The notes under the pieces: generated by a model
Database searches by the model: none
Told to the model about the DNA's origin: nothing
What the model saw: the letters and a program-made list of their open reading frames with translations, nothing else
Position numbers and translations under genes: made by a program
Origin: a virus
Direction: 5' to 3' (one strand)
Length of the DNA stretch: 64,000 bases
Virus record (IMG/VR): IMGVR_UViG_3300024257_000005
Span: 1-64,000 of that record
Shown here: positions 60,128-64,000 of the stretch, in pieces
Position numbering within the stretch: position 1 is the stretch's first letter
Layout: each line of letters begins with the position of its first letter

Positions 60128-60546
60128 TGTTTACGCTATTGAATTTGTCTGTCGTATTTGGAGTTCTATTTCTTGGAGCAGTATTTCTTTTGCTCCATGG
60201 ATTATTCGAGCGAACTGCAGGTTTGGAACGTCGTGTTGAAGTATATGAATACAATGTGAGTGCAGAAAAGACGCTTCTCGGGTGGGTTCCATTTGGGTAT
60301 CAAACATATAATTATGGTAGTGCCGTGCCAAATAATATACGCTATAATTGGCAAGAGTTTAGAAGAGCTGATATTCAAGATGAAACACCTGAGCGGATAA
60401 AAATCAAACACCATTGGTACTCAAAATCAGAAGTGGTCTATGTTGATAGAAGCGATCCATATGAGCATAAGAAAGTAGAAATTGAAAACTATCTTCATTT
60501 CAAAAATAATCAAGGCACTATTGTATTGGAGCTTGAAAGGAAATAA
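60127..60546 (+). CDS. N-terminally anchored membrane protein
   Basis: Hydrophobic N-terminus. Confidence 0.5.
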   Translation: MFTLLNLSVVFGVLFLGAVFLLLHGLFERTAGLERRVEVYEYNVSAEKTLLGWVPFGYQTYNYGSAVPNNIRYNWQEFRRADIQDETPERIKIKHHWYSKSEVVYVDRSDPYEHKKVEIENYLHFKNNQGTIVLELERK

Positions 60547-60547
60547 T

Positions 60548-60865
60548 ATGAGCGAACAACATGCAATATCAGGTAGCATAACATTTAGCGATGATCAAGT
60601 CAAGCGAATGAAAGAAGCTAAAGAGCAGGTTCGCCAAAACCAACAGGGTTCAGCAAGATTTTCATTCGATGGTTCTAAACGCTTTGTAAATGATATGCTG
60701 TACCATGTGCACCTCTGGGATCATATTGAAATTAAGATAGAAAGTAGATCAGATTCTTGGAGACGTTCAAGTATAATTGGAACTGTCACAGGAAGACAGA
60801 GTGTTGTTGATGAGTTCGTTGAGCGATTTGATAATGCAGTAGGGAATTTAAATAATGGACTATAG
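60548..60865 (+). CDS. Hypothetical protein
   Basis: ORF. Confidence 0.5.
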   Translation: MSEQHAISGSITFSDDQVKRMKEAKEQVRQNQQGSARFSFDGSKRFVNDMLYHVHLWDHIEIKIESRSDSWRRSSIIGTVTGRQSVVDEFVERFDNAVGNLNNGL

Positions 60866-61331
60866 AATATATCTAGCAGGGCAAATGGCTCCAGACAGAA
60901 GGACTGTCGAGTGGAGAAAACTATTTACAAAAGGTGTTTCAGATTGTTCAAACGTTGTTATATTGGATCCTAGTTTGAATGAAGCATTTAAGCAGACTCT
61001 TACAGGAGAAGAGGCGTTGATGTCTGTGTACAAATCAGATGTTGGTAAGCTTATTGTTAGTAAGGATCGAGCCATGGTTAAAGAGGCAAATGTTCTCATT
61101 GCAGATCTCAACAAGTATGATGATGAGAAGATTGTCCTTGGAACACTATTTGAATTAGCATGGGCCTATGATGATCCAGCAACAACGGTTATTGTCATAG
61201 GAGATGAATTGGCAGGCACAATGTTATTTCACCCATTTGTAATATCAACAGCTGATATTATTGTAAAAACAACAGAAGAAGCAATCGCACTTGTCAGATG
61301 GATGGCAGGTTCAGAAGTAAAGGAATATTAG
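60855..61331 (+). CDS. Nucleoside 2-deoxyribosyltransferase-like protein
   Basis: IYLAGQM, D..MV, GTLFELAWAY, HPF. Confidence 0.75.
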   Translation: MDYRIYLAGQMAPDRRTVEWRKLFTKGVSDCSNVVILDPSLNEAFKQTLTGEEALMSVYKSDVGKLIVSKDRAMVKEANVLIADLNKYDDEKIVLGTLFELAWAYDDPATTVIVIGDELAGTMLFHPFVISTADIIVKTTEEAIALVRWMAGSEVKEY

Positions 61332-61332
61332 A

Positions 61333-61554
61333 ATGACAATAGAAGTAACAGAACCAACAATGTTAAAATTCTGGAACCCGGAAGATGTAACGAATACTTT
61401 CGTATTCAGATCTGGATGGAACCAGTCGTATAATGTAGTAATTGAATACGGTGACAGAGATGAATTCAAACATCACTTGGTAACTCTTGAAGAGCTTAAA
61501 GATCTCATCGGCTATCAAAATCAACAAAAGGTTCGAGATACACTAGGAGGATAA
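61333..61554 (+). CDS. Hypothetical protein
   Basis: ORF. Confidence 0.45.
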   Translation: MTIEVTEPTMLKFWNPEDVTNTFVFRSGWNQSYNVVIEYGDRDEFKHHLVTLEELKDLIGYQNQQKVRDTLGG

Positions 61555-61555
61555 T

Positions 61556-61750
61556 ATGGAAACAACAAGAAATTTTGGTAGAAAACTATTGACTGGAATA
61601 TTTGGATTAGGGTGCGTATCTATGTCTCCTTTATTTATAACTGCATATCCTTTCATAGCTTCGCTAGCATGGATAACTGGTGTCAGCATAATAACATATA
61701 TAGTAGTATTCTGGGCTTCAAGCATAAGAGGGGAGCATTATGAGTTTTAA
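61556..61750 (+). CDS. Small membrane protein
   Basis: GGAGG RBS; two hydrophobic segments. Confidence 0.5.
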   Translation: METTRNFGRKLLTGIFGLGCVSMSPLFITAYPFIASLAWITGVSIITYIVVFWASSIRGEHYEF

Positions 61751-62768
61751 AAAATATTCAAGCATCGATAATGCATACAGAGAAAAGACTGTAAACTACT
61801 ACATTATGCAAGGTCATACTCAAGGAATATGGAGAGGCCGTGAGAAAATTCATGGTGCTAATTTCCAGTTTGCATATAATGGCGGTGAAGTGAAAATTGG
61901 AAAGCGATCAGCATACTTAAAGCCAATTGAACACATTGGATTCTTTAGATCAGATGTCATTTACGACCGCTATATTAATTCAATTCACATCCTTGCAGCA
62001 TCTCTAGAAATGTCAGTTCCGGATGGAACACCTCTAGAGTTTACTATTTATGGAGAGCTCTATGGTGGTGTTTATCCTCATCCCGATGTTGAAAAAGATC
62101 CAGAAGGTAAACAGGTTCAGAAGGGAATCTACTATGCACCTGGGAATCATTTTGCTGCATTTGATATGAAGCTAAATGGTGAATTTGTTCCTGACGGCAG
62201 CTTTGAGGCTTTAATGGCTCTCATTGGAATGCCCGTTGCACCTATTCTTGTTGAAGGAACATTTGAAGAAGTGATGGCTTATACTAATGAAGGTCAATCA
62301 ATTGTTGGTGTGAGATTACATGGTCTTCCTCCTATTGAGAATAATGTAATGGAAGGACTAGTAATAAAGCCCATAATCCCACAGTATCTGAATGATGGCT
62401 CAAGGGTGATTCTTAAAAACAAGAATGAAAAATGGTCTGAAAAATCTAATAAGACTCGTGTTCCCAAGGCTGAAATAAAAATGACTTCAGAACAAAAAGA
62501 TGTTTATTTATTACTATCAAACAGAGTTACCGAGAATAGACTTCGTAATGTCATTTCACATTTTGGCAATGTGACAAACAAGGACTTCGGAAAACTTCTT
62601 GCATTAATGACTCAGGATATTATTACTGAGCACACTAAAGAAGATGAAGTTCTGCTTGCCTCAATGGAAGACAAGAAGGAACGTAAGCTATTAACTAAAA
62701 TGCTTAATGGAGATATTGCAACTATGGTTCGCAAGAATTTCTTAAACATAATTGACGGAGAATTTTAA
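61740..62768 (+). CDS. RNA ligase, Rnl2 family
   Basis: FKKYSSI, EKIHGANF, YGELYG, AFD, EGLVIKP, LKNKNEKW.E. Confidence 0.92.
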   Translation: MSFKKYSSIDNAYREKTVNYYIMQGHTQGIWRGREKIHGANFQFAYNGGEVKIGKRSAYLKPIEHIGFFRSDVIYDRYINSIHILAASLEMSVPDGTPLEFTIYGELYGGVYPHPDVEKDPEGKQVQKGIYYAPGNHFAAFDMKLNGEFVPDGSFEALMALIGMPVAPILVEGTFEEVMAYTNEGQSIVGVRLHGLPPIENNVMEGLVIKPIIPQYLNDGSRVILKNKNEKWSEKSNKTRVPKAEIKMTSEQKDVYLLLSNRVTENRLRNVISHFGNVTNKDFGKLLALMTQDIITEHTKEDEVLLASMEDKKERKLLTKMLNGDIATMVRKNFLNIIDGEF

Positions 62769-62932
62769 TGGCTCCAGAATTTATTGCATGGCTACTATTA
62801 AATGTAGGAATATTATTAGCATGGTTTGTATTTCTATTACTGCTTAAATGGTTGGCTGAGTACTGGATCACAAAACAGTATCCACATCTCAAAAAGAAGA
62901 AAAGTGTTGTGGATGAATATAAAAATAAATAG
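62768..62932 (+). CDS. Small membrane protein (54 aa)
   Basis: TAATG-coupled start; a TM segment followed by KKKK. Confidence 0.5.
   Translation: MAPEFIAWLLLNVGILLAWFVFLLLLKWLAEYWITKQYPHLKKKKSVVDEYKNK

Positions 62933-64000
<1,068 letters not shown>

Overview
A 64-kb, AT-rich, single-strand-coded (+) segment of a large T4-like/jumbo myophage. It contains a head-cargo/neck/contractile-tail/baseplate block (1-14.4 kb), a replication and nucleotide-metabolism block (14.4-41.5 kb: divergent PolA, SSB, RecA, 5'-3' exonuclease, DnaB, Nudix, class II RNR, ClpP, DnaE, ThyX-like, dCMP deaminase, DinG, LigA), a glycosyltransferase-rich block with a possible lysis module (41.5-55 kb), and accessory genes ending in a partial groEL. 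The main signal is that TGA is read as Trp. By my manual count, 27 in-frame TGAs fall at positions where these protein families have Trp, and reading through them repairs the fragmented ORF track. They are concentrated in virion and putative late genes. The ~25-kb block from 16.3 to 41.5 kb has no in-frame TGA and never stops on TGA, so it is readable in both code 11 and code 4. Other candidates are an unusual cytosine/sugar DNA-modification cluster around dnaE, a T7 frameshift in the tail chaperone, promoter-containing hairpins that occlude translation starts, polyprotein-like head cargo, and small genes carrying capsid- and sheath-like motifs. No tRNA, rRNA or CRISPR array was seen. All family calls come from motif recognition by eye, not from database searches.
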